Both the position numbers and the translations under genes were made by a program. From Mycobacteriales bacterium (lineage in GTDB: Bacteria; Actinomycetota; Actinomycetes; Mycobacteriales; JACQDL01): a stretch of DNA of 64,000 nt. Below, piece by piece: positions 13,386 through 22,790 of this stretch; position 1 is the first letter of the stretch, and each line of letters opens with the position of its first letter. The notes beneath the pieces were generated by a model. It did no database searches. It was given only the letters and a program-made list of their open reading frames with translations, and had not been told where the DNA came from. The stretch covers positions 9,039-73,038 of the forward strand of contig DATILL010000124.1 of the NCBI GenBank assembly GCA_035476575.1, written 5' to 3'.

Positions 13386-13817
13386 TCACGGGCGGACGTA
13401 CAGGATCTGGCCTGGGTGGACCGTGCCGTCGGGAAGCCCGTTGCCGCGCCGCAGCGAGTCGACGACGGCGCGGGCGTCCGCATCTGGCGCGACCCGCCGG
13501 GCGATGCTCCACAGCGTGTCGCCCGGGCGCACCTCCACCACCGTCGGCGCCGTCGGCGGCACCGCGGTCCGGACATGCGCGAGCTGCAGGCCGAGCCAGC
13601 AGAACGCCGCCGTATGCAGCACGACTGCCACGGCGACCACGCGGCGACCGCGCCGGGTGAGCCGCAGCCGCCCAACGCCCGCTGCCGGATCCGCACAAGC
13701 CGGATCCGCACAAGCCGGGACCGTGGCTGCCGAGCGGGCGACGATCGGGCCCACCGCCGCGGGCGCCGGCCGCGCGGGCCGCACCACTCGGTATGGCCTG
13801 GCGATTGGCCACGCCAT
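13386..13817 (-). CDS. LysM domain protein with N-terminal membrane anchor (ChiZ-like, divergent from lexA)
   Basis: C-terminus VEVRPGDTLWSIARRVAPDADARAVVDSLRRGNGLPDGTVHPGQILYVRP is a LysM domain, preceded by the TM segment VVAVAVVLHTAAFCWLGL. The start at 13817 is tentative. Confidence 0.7.
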   Translation of the reverse strand: MAWPIARPYRVVRPARPAPAAVGPIVARSAATVPACADPACADPAAGVGRLRLTRRGRRVVAVAVVLHTAAFCWLGLQLAHVRTAVPPTAPTVVEVRPGDTLWSIARRVAPDADARAVVDSLRRGNGLPDGTVHPGQILYVRP

Positions 13818-14043
13818 CCGGCATGCTCCGGCCGGCTCCTCGGTCAGCGGCTCGACCGATGACGCGGCCGGCCGCGCGCTGGGGAACGCGATCACGACTG
13901 CCCCACCAGCCGGCCGGCCGGCCTTGGACGACAGGATCCCGGGTGACACGGCCTTTGGTGACACGGTCGTGGGCGACGAGATCCTGGGCGGCAACTCCGG
14001 TGCGACTGACATGGCGGGACCTCCCACAGGCCATCCGACCAGA

Positions 14044-14059
14044 CCGAACGTCTGTTCGA
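14044..14059. promoter_or_regulatory. LexA operator (SOS box) in the LysM-lexA intergenic region
   Basis: CCGAAC-GTCT-GTTCGA matches 15 of 16 positions of the actinobacterial TCGAAC-N4-GTTCGA palindrome. A degenerate half-repeat TCGAACGTCTGCGC follows. Confidence 0.8.
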
Positions 14060-14124
14060 TCGAACGTCTGCGCGACAGTGAACCATCGGGGTCTGACAAA
14101 ATCGAGATCCGTACGGCGTGTCCT

Positions 14125-14140
14125 TCGAACACCTGTTTGA
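14125..14140. promoter_or_regulatory. Second LexA operator (SOS box) upstream of lexA
   Basis: TCGAAC-ACCT-GTTTGA, about 90 nt upstream of the lexA GTG. It has the same GAACACCTGTT core as the recA box. Confidence 0.7.
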
Positions 14141-14230
14141 AACCGTCCTGGCCGGGCGCTAGCGTCCGCCGTGGATCATTCGGGCGGGATCGCACGAGCG
14201 GGTCACGGCTCGGCGGGCAAAGGAGGCGTC

Positions 14231-15046
14231 GTGGCGACAGGGGCAGACAGGACCGGCCGCGGCCGACGAAAGGCCGGGACGAACGGCACGCACGCCGACG
14301 ACCCCGGTACGGCAGAGGCTGGCACGACAGATGCCGGGAGGACGAGCGCCGGTACGGCGGGCCCGGGCACGGCGGGCACCGTACGGGAGATCCCGGACGG
14401 CCCGCCGGACGCGAGCGGGCTGACCGCCCGGCAACGGCGGATCCTGGAGGTGATCCGCGACTCGGTGGAGCGCCGAGGCTACCCGCCGAGCATGCGCGAG
14501 ATCGGCGAGGCGGTCGGCCTGACCTCCACCTCCAGCGTCTCGCACCAGCTCGCCACCCTGCAGAAGAAGGGCTTCCTGCGCCGCGACCCCAACCGGCCGC
14601 GCGCCGTTGACGTGCGGATGCCCGATCCGGAGGAGCCGTCGGTCTCGGCCGAGGAGATCGCCGAACGGCCGGTCCCGGCGTACGTGCCCGTGGTCGGCCA
14701 GATCGCCGCCGGCCGGCCGATCCTGGCCGAGGAGGCCGTGGAGGACGTGTTCCCGCTGCCCCGGGAGCTGGTCGGGGAGGGCACCCTGTTCCTGCTTCGG
14801 GTCGCTGGCGACTCGATGATCGACGCGGCCATCGCGGACGGTGACTGGGTGGTGGTCCGCCAGCAGCCCGTCGCCGAGACCGGTGACATCGTCGCCGCGA
14901 TGATCGACGGCGAGGCGACCGTGAAGACGTTCCGCCGCCGCGACGGGCACGTCTGGCTGCTCCCGCAGAACCCGGCCTACCCGCCGATCCTCGGCGATGA
15001 CGCGACGGTGCTCGGCCGGGTGGTGGCGTTGCTACGCCGGCTCTGA
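14231..15046 (+). CDS. lexA: LexA repressor
   Basis: GTG at 14231, preceded by [41 protein letters not shown]...[19 protein letters not shown]...DGEATVKT (S24 peptidase Ser/Lys dyad). Confidence 0.9.
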   Translation: MATGADRTGRGRRKAGTNGTHADDPGTAEAGTTDAGRTSAGTAGPGTAGTVREIPDGPPDASGLTARQRRILEVIRDSVERRGYPPSMREIGEAVGLTSTSSVSHQLATLQKKGFLRRDPNRPRAVDVRMPDPEEPSVSAEEIAERPVPAYVPVVGQIAAGRPILAEEAVEDVFPLPRELVGEGTLFLLRVAGDSMIDAAIADGDWVVVRQQPVAETGDIVAAMIDGEATVKTFRRRDGHVWLLPQNPAYPPILGDDATVLGRVVALLRRL

Positions 15047-15073
15047 TCCGCTGGCGCGGGGCAAGGCCGCCGG

Positions 15074-16147
15074 TCAGCCACGGCGGTGGGCCAGGTCGCG
15101 GACCTTGCCGCCGCCCCACATCAGCACGGTCGCCAGCACACCCGCCAGCACCAGCCCACCGAACGTCGTCCACCCCGTGCTGGGCTCCTTCCGGCCGGGC
15201 GATGGGGCGCGGGCCGCCGTACCGGACGGCGGCGTGCCATCCGGAGCCGGCGGGCCCGCCAGCGTGCCGAGGGAGATGACGTGCACCGCCCCCGGCACCC
15301 CCTCGGTGCTGGTCAACAGGCGCTGGCCGTCCGGGCTGAACGTGACCGCCTCGCCCTGCCGGGTGGGCGGCAGCGGGATCCGGGTCGGCCGGCCGTCCCG
15401 CAGCGCCTTGACCACATCCGCGTCGTCGGCACGCCACAGGTAGGCGTCGGTGTAGGTGCGCAGCACCACTCGGGTGCCGTCCGGGGACACCGCACCACCG
15501 GTGACCAGCACCTGCCCCACGGTCCCGACCGGGCCACCGGGGGTGCCGGTCGGGCCGAACCGCACGGTGGCCACCTTGCGCAGCGGCGTCGACCGCGCAG
15601 CGGCCGGCACGCCCACCGGGGTGTACACCCCGCTCCGCCCGAACACCTCCTTGGTGACGATGAACGGCCGGCCCTGCCGGTCCAGCAGCAGCGCCTCGGC
15701 ATCGTGCGCGCCGTCCGGGTAGCTGAACCGGTGCAGCGTCGCCTCGCCGGACTCGGTCAGCAGCTCGATCGCGACGGTACGGCGCCGCCGGTCGTTGTCG
15801 CCGAGGTCGGCGAGCCACAGCGTGCCGTCGGCGGAGCGGGCCAGGTCCTCCACGTCGTACGGGTCGATGCCGGCCCGGATCACGCCGGTCACCCGGCACC
15901 GGCCGTCCAGCACGTACACGACCAGCCCGCTGCCGCCGTCGTTCACCGTGAACAGCCGGGCGCCCGCCGCGGCCAGGCCGGACGACTCGGTGATCCTCGG
16001 GTCGGTGATCACGCAGCGTACGGCGACCGGCCCTGGGGCGGTGGCCTCAGCCGTGGCGGTGGCCTCAGCCGTGGCGGCCGTCGGTGAGCCCAGCCAGAGC
16101 ATCAGCGCGATGCCGGCCAGCGTCACCCCGCCCCTGATCTGCCGCAC
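15074..16147 (-). CDS. Secreted beta-propeller-like protein with C-terminal membrane anchor (hypothetical)
   Basis: 357-aa ORF with an N-terminal signal-like segment, repeated beta-strand-rich body, and C-terminal GLVLAGVLATVLMWGG. No firm family. It overlaps the upstream PAP2 gene by up to 83 nt, so the start may be later. Confidence 0.55.
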   Translation of the reverse strand: MRQIRGGVTLAGIALMLWLGSPTAATAEATATAEATAPGPVAVRCVITDPRITESSGLAAAGARLFTVNDGGSGLVVYVLDGRCRVTGVIRAGIDPYDVEDLARSADGTLWLADLGDNDRRRRTVAIELLTESGEATLHRFSYPDGAHDAEALLLDRQGRPFIVTKEVFGRSGVYTPVGVPAAARSTPLRKVATVRFGPTGTPGGPVGTVGQVLVTGGAVSPDGTRVVLRTYTDAYLWRADDADVVKALRDGRPTRIPLPPTRQGEAVTFSPDGQRLLTSTEGVPGAVHVISLGTLAGPPAPDGTPPSGTAARAPSPGRKEPSTGWTTFGGLVLAGVLATVLMWGGGKVRDLAHRRG

Positions 16148-16850
16148 CGCCCCAGTCTCCCAGCCGGCCAGCGAAGAGCCCGTGAATGACGCGCAGTGCC
16201 AGCACCCCTACCGCCAGCCCGGCCAGCAGGTCGGTCAGCCAGTGGTAGTCGAGCAGCAGCATCGCGGCCACGGTGACCACCGGGGCGGCGTAGCCGAGCA
16301 CCCGCAGCCCCCACCGTGACCACGCCGGCAGCCCAAGGTCGACCGCCAGCCAGGCCAGCAGGCCCCAAATCACCACCGCCAGCGCGGCGTGCCCAGAAGG
16401 AAAGGACTCACCATCGAAATGGACCCGGTCGATGTTCGGCGCCGTGCGGCCCACGCCGTACTTGAACGCCATGACCACCGCGACCAGCAGCCCGGCCGCC
16501 ACCGCGACCCGCAGCACGGGCTGCCAGCTCCGCCGGACCCAGGCCAGCACACCGACGAACGGCGTCACCAGCCCCGCGATGGCGGCCGGATGCCCCGGCA
16601 GGGTGAAGACGTAGATGGCCAGCTTGCGGACGAAGGAACCGCGCCGGATGCCGGTCGACCAGGACCAGCCGGCGACCTGGTGGTCCAGCCGCGTCCACGG
16701 CCCGCCGACCAGCACGTCGACGGTGAGCCAGGCGAGCAGCACGCCCGCGGTCACCACCACGAACCATGGCGGGCCGCCGGCAGCGCGATGGGCAGGGCCG
16801 TCGCGGTCGGCCAGGGCGGGTGTCGGGGCCTCTGCCGCGACCGCCGTCAC
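16065..16850 (-). CDS. PAP2 superfamily phosphatase (membrane)
   Basis: Multiple TM helices plus SFPSGHAALAV and LDYHWLTDLLAGLAVG (PAP2 motifs C2/C3). Confidence 0.75.
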   Translation of the reverse strand: MTAVAAEAPTPALADRDGPAHRAAGGPPWFVVVTAGVLLAWLTVDVLVGGPWTRLDHQVAGWSWSTGIRRGSFVRKLAIYVFTLPGHPAAIAGLVTPFVGVLAWVRRSWQPVLRVAVAAGLLVAVVMAFKYGVGRTAPNIDRVHFDGESFPSGHAALAVVIWGLLAWLAVDLGLPAWSRWGLRVLGYAAPVVTVAAMLLLDYHWLTDLLAGLAVGVLALRVIHGLFAGRLGDWGGAADQGRGDAGRHRADALAGLTDGRHG

Positions 16851-17116
16851 TCCTGGCGCCGGGGCGCCTCGTCCCGGGTCTGCTCCGCGCGGCGTACCGC
16901 CTCGCCCTCAATCACGCCGGGCGCGGCCGGTGCCGCCGGACGGGTCGGCTCGGTGCGGCGGACGTCGTCCTCCTGCCGCATCTCGTGGTACTCCGACTTG
17001 AAGATCCGCATTGACCGGCCGACCGACCGCGCGGCGTCCGGCAGCTTCTTGTAGCCGAACAACGCCAGCACGACGATGGCAACGATCAACCAGTGCCAGA
17101 TACTGAGCGTGCCCAT
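16847..17116 (-). CDS. tatA: Twin-arginine translocase subunit TatA/E
   Basis: MGTLSIWHWLIVAIVVLALFGYKKLPDAARSVGRSMRIFKSE is the canonical TatA N-terminus. Confidence 0.85.
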   Translation of the reverse strand: MGTLSIWHWLIVAIVVLALFGYKKLPDAARSVGRSMRIFKSEYHEMRQEDDVRRTEPTRPAAPAAPGVIEGEAVRRAEQTRDEAPRRQE

Positions 17117-17153
17117 CCGGATCCTCCTGTCACGGGGTCTTACCGGCTCCACC

Positions 17154-18578
17154 CTACGCGGTCACGTCGGCCGAGGGCTGCCCGATGTAGGGCATCAGGG
17201 CGGTCGCCAGCTCGGGATCCACCCGCACGTGCAGCGCCGTGCCATGTGCGGTGTGATCCGAGGCGATGACCTCGCCGTGCCGGTGCACCCGGGCGACCAG
17301 GTCGCCGCGGTCGTAGGGCACCAGGAGGTGGAGCTCGGCGCGCGGCCGGGGCAGCCGGTCGGCGATCACCGCGCGCAGCTTGTCCAGCCCCTCGCCGGTG
17401 CGGGCCGAGCAGAACACCGCCTCGCCGAACGCCGCCCGCAGCCGGTCCAGCGTGGCCGGGTCCGCGGCGTCGGCCTTGTTGACGACGATCAGCTCCGGCA
17501 CGCCGGCCGCGTCGATCTCGGCGAACACGGCCCGGACGGCGCTGATCTGCGACTCCGGGTCGGCGTCGGCGCCGTCCACCACGTGCAGTACCAGGTCGGC
17601 GTCGGCGACCTCCTCCAGCGTGGACCGGAACGCCTCGACCAGGTCGTGCGGCAGGTGACGGACAAAGCCGACGGTGTCGGCCAGGGTATGGACTCGCCCG
17701 TCCGCCGTCTGGCAGCGCCGCACCGTCGGGTCGAGGGTGGCGAACAGCGCGTTCTCCACCAGCACGCCGGCCCCGGTGAGCCGGTTGAGCAGGCTGGACT
17801 TGCCGGCGTTGGTGTAGCCGGCGATGACCACGCTGGGCACGGCGCGGCGGCGGCGCTGCTCACGCTTGGTGTCCCTGGCGGTCTTCATATGCGCGATCTC
17901 GCGGCGCAGCTTGGCCATCCGGGTCCGGATCCGCCGCCGGTCGATCTCAATCTTGGTCTCGCCGGGGCCGCGGCCACCGATGCCCGCGCCACCCGCGGCT
18001 CGCCCACCGACCTGCCGGGACAGCGCCTCGCCCCAGCCACGCAGCCGGGGCAGCATGTACTGCATCTGGGCCAGCTCGACCTGGGCCTTGCCCTCCTTGC
18101 TGCGGGCGTGCTGGGCAAAGATGTCCAGAATCAGCATGGTCCGGTCGACCACCTTGACCTTGACCCGCTCCTCCAGCGTGCGAAGCTGCGCCGGGGTCAG
18201 CTCGCCGTCGCAGACCACCGTGTCGGCCGCGGTGGCCAGCACGATGTCGCGCAGCTCGGCGGTCTTGCCGGAGCCGATGTAGGTGGCCGGGTCGGGTCGG
18301 GCGCGGCGCTGGATCAGCCCGTCCAGCACCTCGGAGCCGGCCGTCTCGGCGAGCCGGGCCAGCTCAGCCAGCGAGTTCTCGGCGGCGGAGAGGGTGCCCT
18401 CGGTCCAGACGCCGACCAGGACGACCCGCTCCAGCCGGAGCTGGCGGTACTCAACCTCGCTGACGTCGGCGAGCTCGGTGGCCAGACCGGGGATGCGGCG
18501 CAGGGCCTGCCGCTCCTCCAGCTCCAACCCGCCGCCATCGCCGAGGCGTCTGCCGTCGTACATGGGTTTAGTCATCAT
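17154..18578 (-). CDS. hflX: GTPase HflX
   Basis: From MMTKPMYDG. HflX N-domain ([10 protein letters not shown]...[21 protein letters not shown]), then G-domain [12 protein letters not shown]...DTVGF...NKAD. The upstream extension in ORF 17154..18836 runs through repeats and is rejected. Confidence 0.9.
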   Translation of the reverse strand: MMTKPMYDGRRLGDGGGLELEERQALRRIPGLATELADVSEVEYRQLRLERVVLVGVWTEGTLSAAENSLAELARLAETAGSEVLDGLIQRRARPDPATYIGSGKTAELRDIVLATAADTVVCDGELTPAQLRTLEERVKVKVVDRTMLILDIFAQHARSKEGKAQVELAQMQYMLPRLRGWGEALSRQVGGRAAGGAGIGGRGPGETKIEIDRRRIRTRMAKLRREIAHMKTARDTKREQRRRRAVPSVVIAGYTNAGKSSLLNRLTGAGVLVENALFATLDPTVRRCQTADGRVHTLADTVGFVRHLPHDLVEAFRSTLEEVADADLVLHVVDGADADPESQISAVRAVFAEIDAAGVPELIVVNKADAADPATLDRLRAAFGEAVFCSARTGEGLDKLRAVIADRLPRPRAELHLLVPYDRGDLVARVHRHGEVIASDHTAHGTALHVRVDPELATALMPYIGQPSADVTA

Positions 18579-18585
18579 CGCGTCG

Positions 18586-18608
18586 ATCCTGACACGGCCC
18601 ACCGACAA
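18586..18608 (-). promoter_or_regulatory. RecA-NDp/PafBC-like promoter motif upstream of hflX (candidate, leaderless)
   Basis: The minus strand reads TTGTCGGTG-ggccgtgt-CAGGAT-cgacgcg-ATGATG. This matches tTGTCRgtg-N8-(T)AnnnT with the -10 ending 7 nt before the start codon. Confidence 0.4.
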
Positions 18609-18638
18609 GAGCACGCAAGTTAGAGGCTGGCCGCCCGT

Positions 18639-18749
18639 GTGGTCACCTCTTGGGGTCTCCCAGCAACGAGAGGTCACCACAACGCCGAGAGGTGACCACA
18701 CGCGCCGCCACAGCAACGAGAGGTCACCACAACGCCGAGAGGTGACCAC
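18639..18749. repeat. Palindromic 12-mer repeat cluster 1 (GTGGTCACCTCT family)
   Basis: One forward 12-mer at 18639, then two tandem 50-bp copies of CAGCAACGAGAGGTCACCACAACGCCGAGAGGTGACCACA. Lies in the hflX / MFS divergent intergenic region. Confidence 0.85.
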
Positions 18750-18845
18750 AACGCCGGCTTGCCGGTCGGGTCTGCGTGCGGGCTCCGCTACGCCGTGAGG
18801 ATAAACCGACTGACAGAGCTCAACCAGTCCGGGCACGCTGCACGG

Positions 18846-20134
18846 GTGCCCAGTTCACTGTTGCGCCACCGCGACTTCCGGTTGCTGTGGGCGGGCGACA
18901 CGATCAGCCAGCTTGGCACCCAGGTCACCGTGCTGGCCCTGCCGCTGCTCGCGATCACCACGCTGCACGCTACCCCGTTCGAGGTCGGCCTGCTGACGAC
19001 GTTCGAGTTCCTGGCCTTCCTGCTGGTCGGGCTGCCGGCCGGCGCCTGGGTCGACCGGATGCGGCGCCGCCAGGTGATGGTCGCCGCCGACCTGGGCCGG
19101 GCGGTGCTGCTCGGCTCGCTACCGCTGGCCGCCTGGTTCGGCGTGCTGGGCCTGCCTCAGCTCTACGTCGTGGCGCTGGGCACCGGCCTGCTCACAGTCT
19201 TCTTCGACGTGGCGTACCAGAGCTACCTGCCGCACCTGGTCGGGCGGGAGCGGCTGGTCGAGGGAAACGCGACACTGCAGGCCAGCCAGTCGGTGTCCCA
19301 GGTGGCCGGGCCGACGGCTGGCGGGCTCCTGGTCCAGGCGCTGACCGCGCCGTACGCCGTGCTGGTGGACGCGGTGAGCTTCCTGTGGTCGGCCGGCTGC
19401 GTCGGGCTGATCCGCGCCCGGGAGCCACGGCCGGAGCGGTCCCCCGACCGGCACCTGGGCCGGGAGGTCGCCGCGGGCGTGCGGTTCGTCTTCGGCCACC
19501 GAATCCTGCGCGCGATCAGCGGCTGCACCGCGACGTTCAACTTCTTCACCAGCCTGTCCGGCGCGATGCTGCTCGTGCTGCTGGCCCGCGACCTCGGCCT
19601 GTCGGCCGGCCTGATCGGGCTGGTCTTCAGCGTCGCCAGCGTCGGCGGGCTGGTCGGCGCGCTGGTGGCCAGCCGGTGGCAGGCTGGATCGGCCAGGGCC
19701 AGACGATCTGGCTGTCCACCGCGGTGTCCGGACCGTTCGGGCTGCTCGTGCCGCTGGCCCAGCGCGGCTGGCTGCTCTGGCTGGCCGCGTTCGGCCTCGC
19801 GGCGTCGTTCGCGCTGTCGGTGGTCTACAACATCACCCAGGTCAGCTTCCGGCAGGGCCTGTGCCCGGAGCGGCTGCTCGGCCGGATGAACGCGACGATC
19901 CGGTTCCTGGTGTGGGGCACCATGCCGCTCGGCGGCCTGGCCGGTGGCGTGCTCGGATCCGTGGTCGGGGTCCGGCCGACGCTGTGGGTGGGGGCGACCG
20001 GGGCAGCGGTCGCGTTCGGGTGGGTGTTCTGGTCGCCGCTGCGCGGGATGCGCGAGCTGCCCACCCGACCGGACGACGATGACGACAACGGGGATGACGA
20101 TCTCGTCGAGCTGGAACCGGTCACCGTCGAGTAG
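18846..20134 (+). pseudogene. MFS transporter (EntS/MFS_3-like) with an apparent -1 frameshift near 19675
   Basis: The N-terminal two-thirds is in the frame of ORF 18759..19889 (RDFRLLWAGDTISQLGTQV...GALVASR). The C-terminal third is in the frame of ORF 18776..20134 (VAGWIGQGQTIWLSTAVSG...). The junction is at CGG-TGG, where one G seems to be missing. Confidence 0.7.
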
Positions 20135-20936
20135 GCGCCGGCTCCCGGGCCACCAGCCCAGGCCGCCACCGCCCGGCCGCGACCAGGACGGCCGGACCGC
20201 TCAGCGCGACACCGTCGTCAGTCCACATCACCGAAAGCCGGCCGCCCGGTACGTCGACCGTCCACTCCGCCCCCCACTCGGCCCTCCCGGGGTCGGCGCA
20301 CGCGGTGGCGACGACCGCCGCACAGACCCCGGTGCCGCAGGACCGGGTCTCTCCCACCCCACGCTCGTGCACCCGCAGCGCGAGCGACCGCCCGCCGCGG
20401 CGCACGACGAACTCGACGTTCTGCCCGGCCGGCAGCGGCGGGTCCACCTCGGGCGGCCGGGTCAGGTCCAGCGCGGCCAGCTCGTCCATTGTGGACAGTG
20501 AAACGACGACGTGCGGGTTGCCCATGCCCACCGCGATGGCCTTGACACCGGCCACCACGGGCGCGGCGTCGAGGAGCTCCGGCTGGCCCATCGCCACGGT
20601 GATGTCACCGCTGGCCGGAACGCTGACCCGCTTGACGCCGCCACGGGTGGCCAGCTCCAGGACGCCCGGCTCAGCCAGGCCCGCGTCGACGAGGTACCGA
20701 GCGAAGACCCGCACACCGTTGCCGCACATCTCGGCGACCGTGCCGTCAGCGTTCCGGTAGTCCATGAACCAGCGTGCGCCCTCCCGGGCGACCCGCAGCA
20801 CGCCGTCCGCGCCGATCCCGGCATGCCGGTCGCACAGTGCCCGGACCAGCTCGGGGGTCAGCTCGGCAGCCGCGATGTCGGGCAGCACGAGGAAGTCGTT
20901 CTCCGTGCCATGACCCTTGACGAACCGCAGCTCCAC
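20121..20936 (-). CDS. dapF: Diaminopimelate epimerase
   Basis: MELRFVKGHGTENDFLVLPD...MCGNGVRVFARYL...ETRSCGTG, with both catalytic Cys motifs. Confidence 0.9.
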   Translation of the reverse strand: MELRFVKGHGTENDFLVLPDIAAAELTPELVRALCDRHAGIGADGVLRVAREGARWFMDYRNADGTVAEMCGNGVRVFARYLVDAGLAEPGVLELATRGGVKRVSVPASGDITVAMGQPELLDAAPVVAGVKAIAVGMGNPHVVVSLSTMDELAALDLTRPPEVDPPLPAGQNVEFVVRRGGRSLALRVHERGVGETRSCGTGVCAAVVATACADPGRAEWGAEWTVDVPGGRLSVMWTDDGVALSGPAVLVAAGRWRPGLVAREPAPTRR

Positions 20937-21068
20937 GCGGTCGATCGTGGCACACCGCTGGGGCTGGCGGTGCGCAGGTCTCCGACCTGTCCGGATGGGC
21001 CGGGCGATGAAGGACGGGGGCGATCCCGGTCCGGGTCGGCTGGTGGGCGGAGCCCGGAGAGGCGACGC

Positions 21069-22037
21069 TCAGCCGGCCGCGCCGAGCCGGTCGAGCGCGG
21101 CGGTGAGCAGGTCCGGCGCGGCGGCGTCCAGCCAGACCACCCCGGGGTCGCGGCGAAACCAAGACCGCTGGCGCCGGGCGAACCGCCTGGTCGCCCGGCA
21201 TGTCTCAGCCCTGGCCTCGGCCTCGGTGCAGCGTCCGGCAAGCTGGGCCAGCACCTGCTGGTAGCCGAGCGCCCGGCTCGCGGTCAGCCCGTCCCGGATC
21301 CCGGCCGCCAGGAGCGTGCGCACCTCCTCGACCAGGCCACGGCTCCACATCAGGTCCACCCGGGCGCCGATCCGCTCGTCCAGGTCGGGCCGGTCCAGCC
21401 CCAGCCGTACCGCCGTGTACCCGGCGCTCCACCCGCGGTACGCCGGCCTGGCACCGGCCGGCACAGCACCGGCCGGCCCGGCGTCGTCCCGCCCGGCATA
21501 GGCCGGCATCGTGGCGGTGTACGGCCTGCCGGTCAGCTCGACGACCTCCAGCGCCCGCACGATCCGCCGGCCGTTGCTGGGCAGGATGCCGCCGGCCGCC
21601 GCGGGGTCCAGCACGGCCAGCCGAGTGTGCAGGGTCGCAGCGCCAAGGTGGGCCAGCTCGCCCTCCAGCCGGGCCCGGATGGCCGGGTCGGTGCCGGGGA
21701 ACTCCAGCGGGTCCAGCACCGCGCGAACGTACAGCCCGGACCCGCCGACCAGCAGCGCCGTCCGGCCTCGGGCCAGGATCGCGTCGATGGCCGCCCGAGC
21801 GAGCCGCTGGTAGTCCGCCACGCTGGCCGTCTGGGTGACGTCCCAGAGGTCCAGCAGGTGATGGGGTACGCCACGCCGCGCTGGCTCGGCCAGCTTGGCG
21901 GTGCCGACGTCCATGCCCCGGTAGAGCTGCATCGAGTCAGCGTTGACGATCTCGCCGTCGAGCCGGCGGGCAAGCTCGACCGCCAGCTCGGACTTGCCGG
22001 CCGCGGTCGGGCCGACCACGGCCACCACCCGGCTCAT
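21069..22037 (-). CDS. miaA: tRNA dimethylallyltransferase
   Basis: [23 protein letters not shown]...[19 protein letters not shown]...HHLLD. Confidence 0.9.
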   Translation of the reverse strand: MSRVVAVVGPTAAGKSELAVELARRLDGEIVNADSMQLYRGMDVGTAKLAEPARRGVPHHLLDLWDVTQTASVADYQRLARAAIDAILARGRTALLVGGSGLYVRAVLDPLEFPGTDPAIRARLEGELAHLGAATLHTRLAVLDPAAAGGILPSNGRRIVRALEVVELTGRPYTATMPAYAGRDDAGPAGAVPAGARPAYRGWSAGYTAVRLGLDRPDLDERIGARVDLMWSRGLVEEVRTLLAAGIRDGLTASRALGYQQVLAQLAGRCTEAEARAETCRATRRFARRQRSWFRRDPGVVWLDAAAPDLLTAALDRLGAAG

Positions 22038-22717
22038 CGCGGCACCCACGAGGCAACGAGGTACCCGACGCCGTACGGCGCCCCGGCGTACAACAGCTCG
22101 GCAGCGTACCTGCCGCCGCCGAGCAGCGCCCCCGCCGCCCGCCAGGCCGGCACCCCAGCGGCCAGCAGCTCGGCACCGAGGCCGAGGTCCAACGTGGCCA
22201 GGTCGGCCGGGTCGCCGGCCGCGAGCGCCTGCTCCACACCGGCGTCGAACGGCGCGGCCCGCGGGTCGGCGTAGCCCGGTGAGGTGTCGGTACGGCGGGC
22301 CGAGCCGTCCCCCATGACGAGCAGCCCCACCCGGCCGCGCAGATCCAGCGGCGGCGCGGCCCCGTCCGGCCCCACCTGCGCGCCCGCGGCCGGCGGGTGA
22401 TCTCCAGCCCGGCCGAGCAGCCAGACACCCACCGTGATCGGCAGCGGCAGGCTGTCGGCGCCGCTGTGCCGCGCCGGCCCCAGCCGCACGGTGAGGTCGA
22501 CGCCGTACCCGGCGAAGGACCCGTGGTCACCCGGGCCGTGGCACCGCGCCCGCTCGCCAGCGCCCATCACGTACAGCCTCTCCGGCTCCGCCGCCAGCAG
22601 CCGGCGTACCGCCTCGTCGCAGGCAGCCCGCAGCCCGTCGAGCTCGCCGGCCGCGCCGGCCGCGACCCGAGGCACCAACAGCGGCGGATGTGGACAGAAC
22701 GCAGCGGCCACAAGCAC
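22034..22717 (-). CDS. Class III extradiol dioxygenase subunit B-like domain protein
   Basis: [16 protein letters not shown]... has the conserved N-terminal pattern of this family. Translationally coupled to miaA. Confidence 0.6.
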   Translation of the reverse strand: MLVAAAFCPHPPLLVPRVAAGAAGELDGLRAACDEAVRRLLAAEPERLYVMGAGERARCHGPGDHGSFAGYGVDLTVRLGPARHSGADSLPLPITVGVWLLGRAGDHPPAAGAQVGPDGAAPPLDLRGRVGLLVMGDGSARRTDTSPGYADPRAAPFDAGVEQALAAGDPADLATLDLGLGAELLAAGVPAWRAAGALLGGGRYAAELLYAGAPYGVGYLVASWVPR

Positions 22718-22790
22718 TAATCGAGACTATCTGAGCCGAACCACCGTCCTCGGGCTGACCATTGGGCCGCACTGCTGTGAGAATGCGGAC

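Noticed and set aside
18639-18749. Possible CRISPR arrays at the repeat clusters (18.6, 51.9, 59.3 and 63.7 kb).
   Set aside because: The repeats are adjacent or nested palindromes without unique spacers of constant length. Units occur in both orientations, and no cas genes are present.
18579-18836. N-terminal extension of hflX, and ORF-track peptides such as VVTSRRCGDL / TPRGDH that recur at 18.7, 37.1, 52.0 and 59.4 kb.
   Set aside because: These repeated peptides are simply translations of the palindromic DNA repeat in various frames. They do not represent a conserved protein domain.
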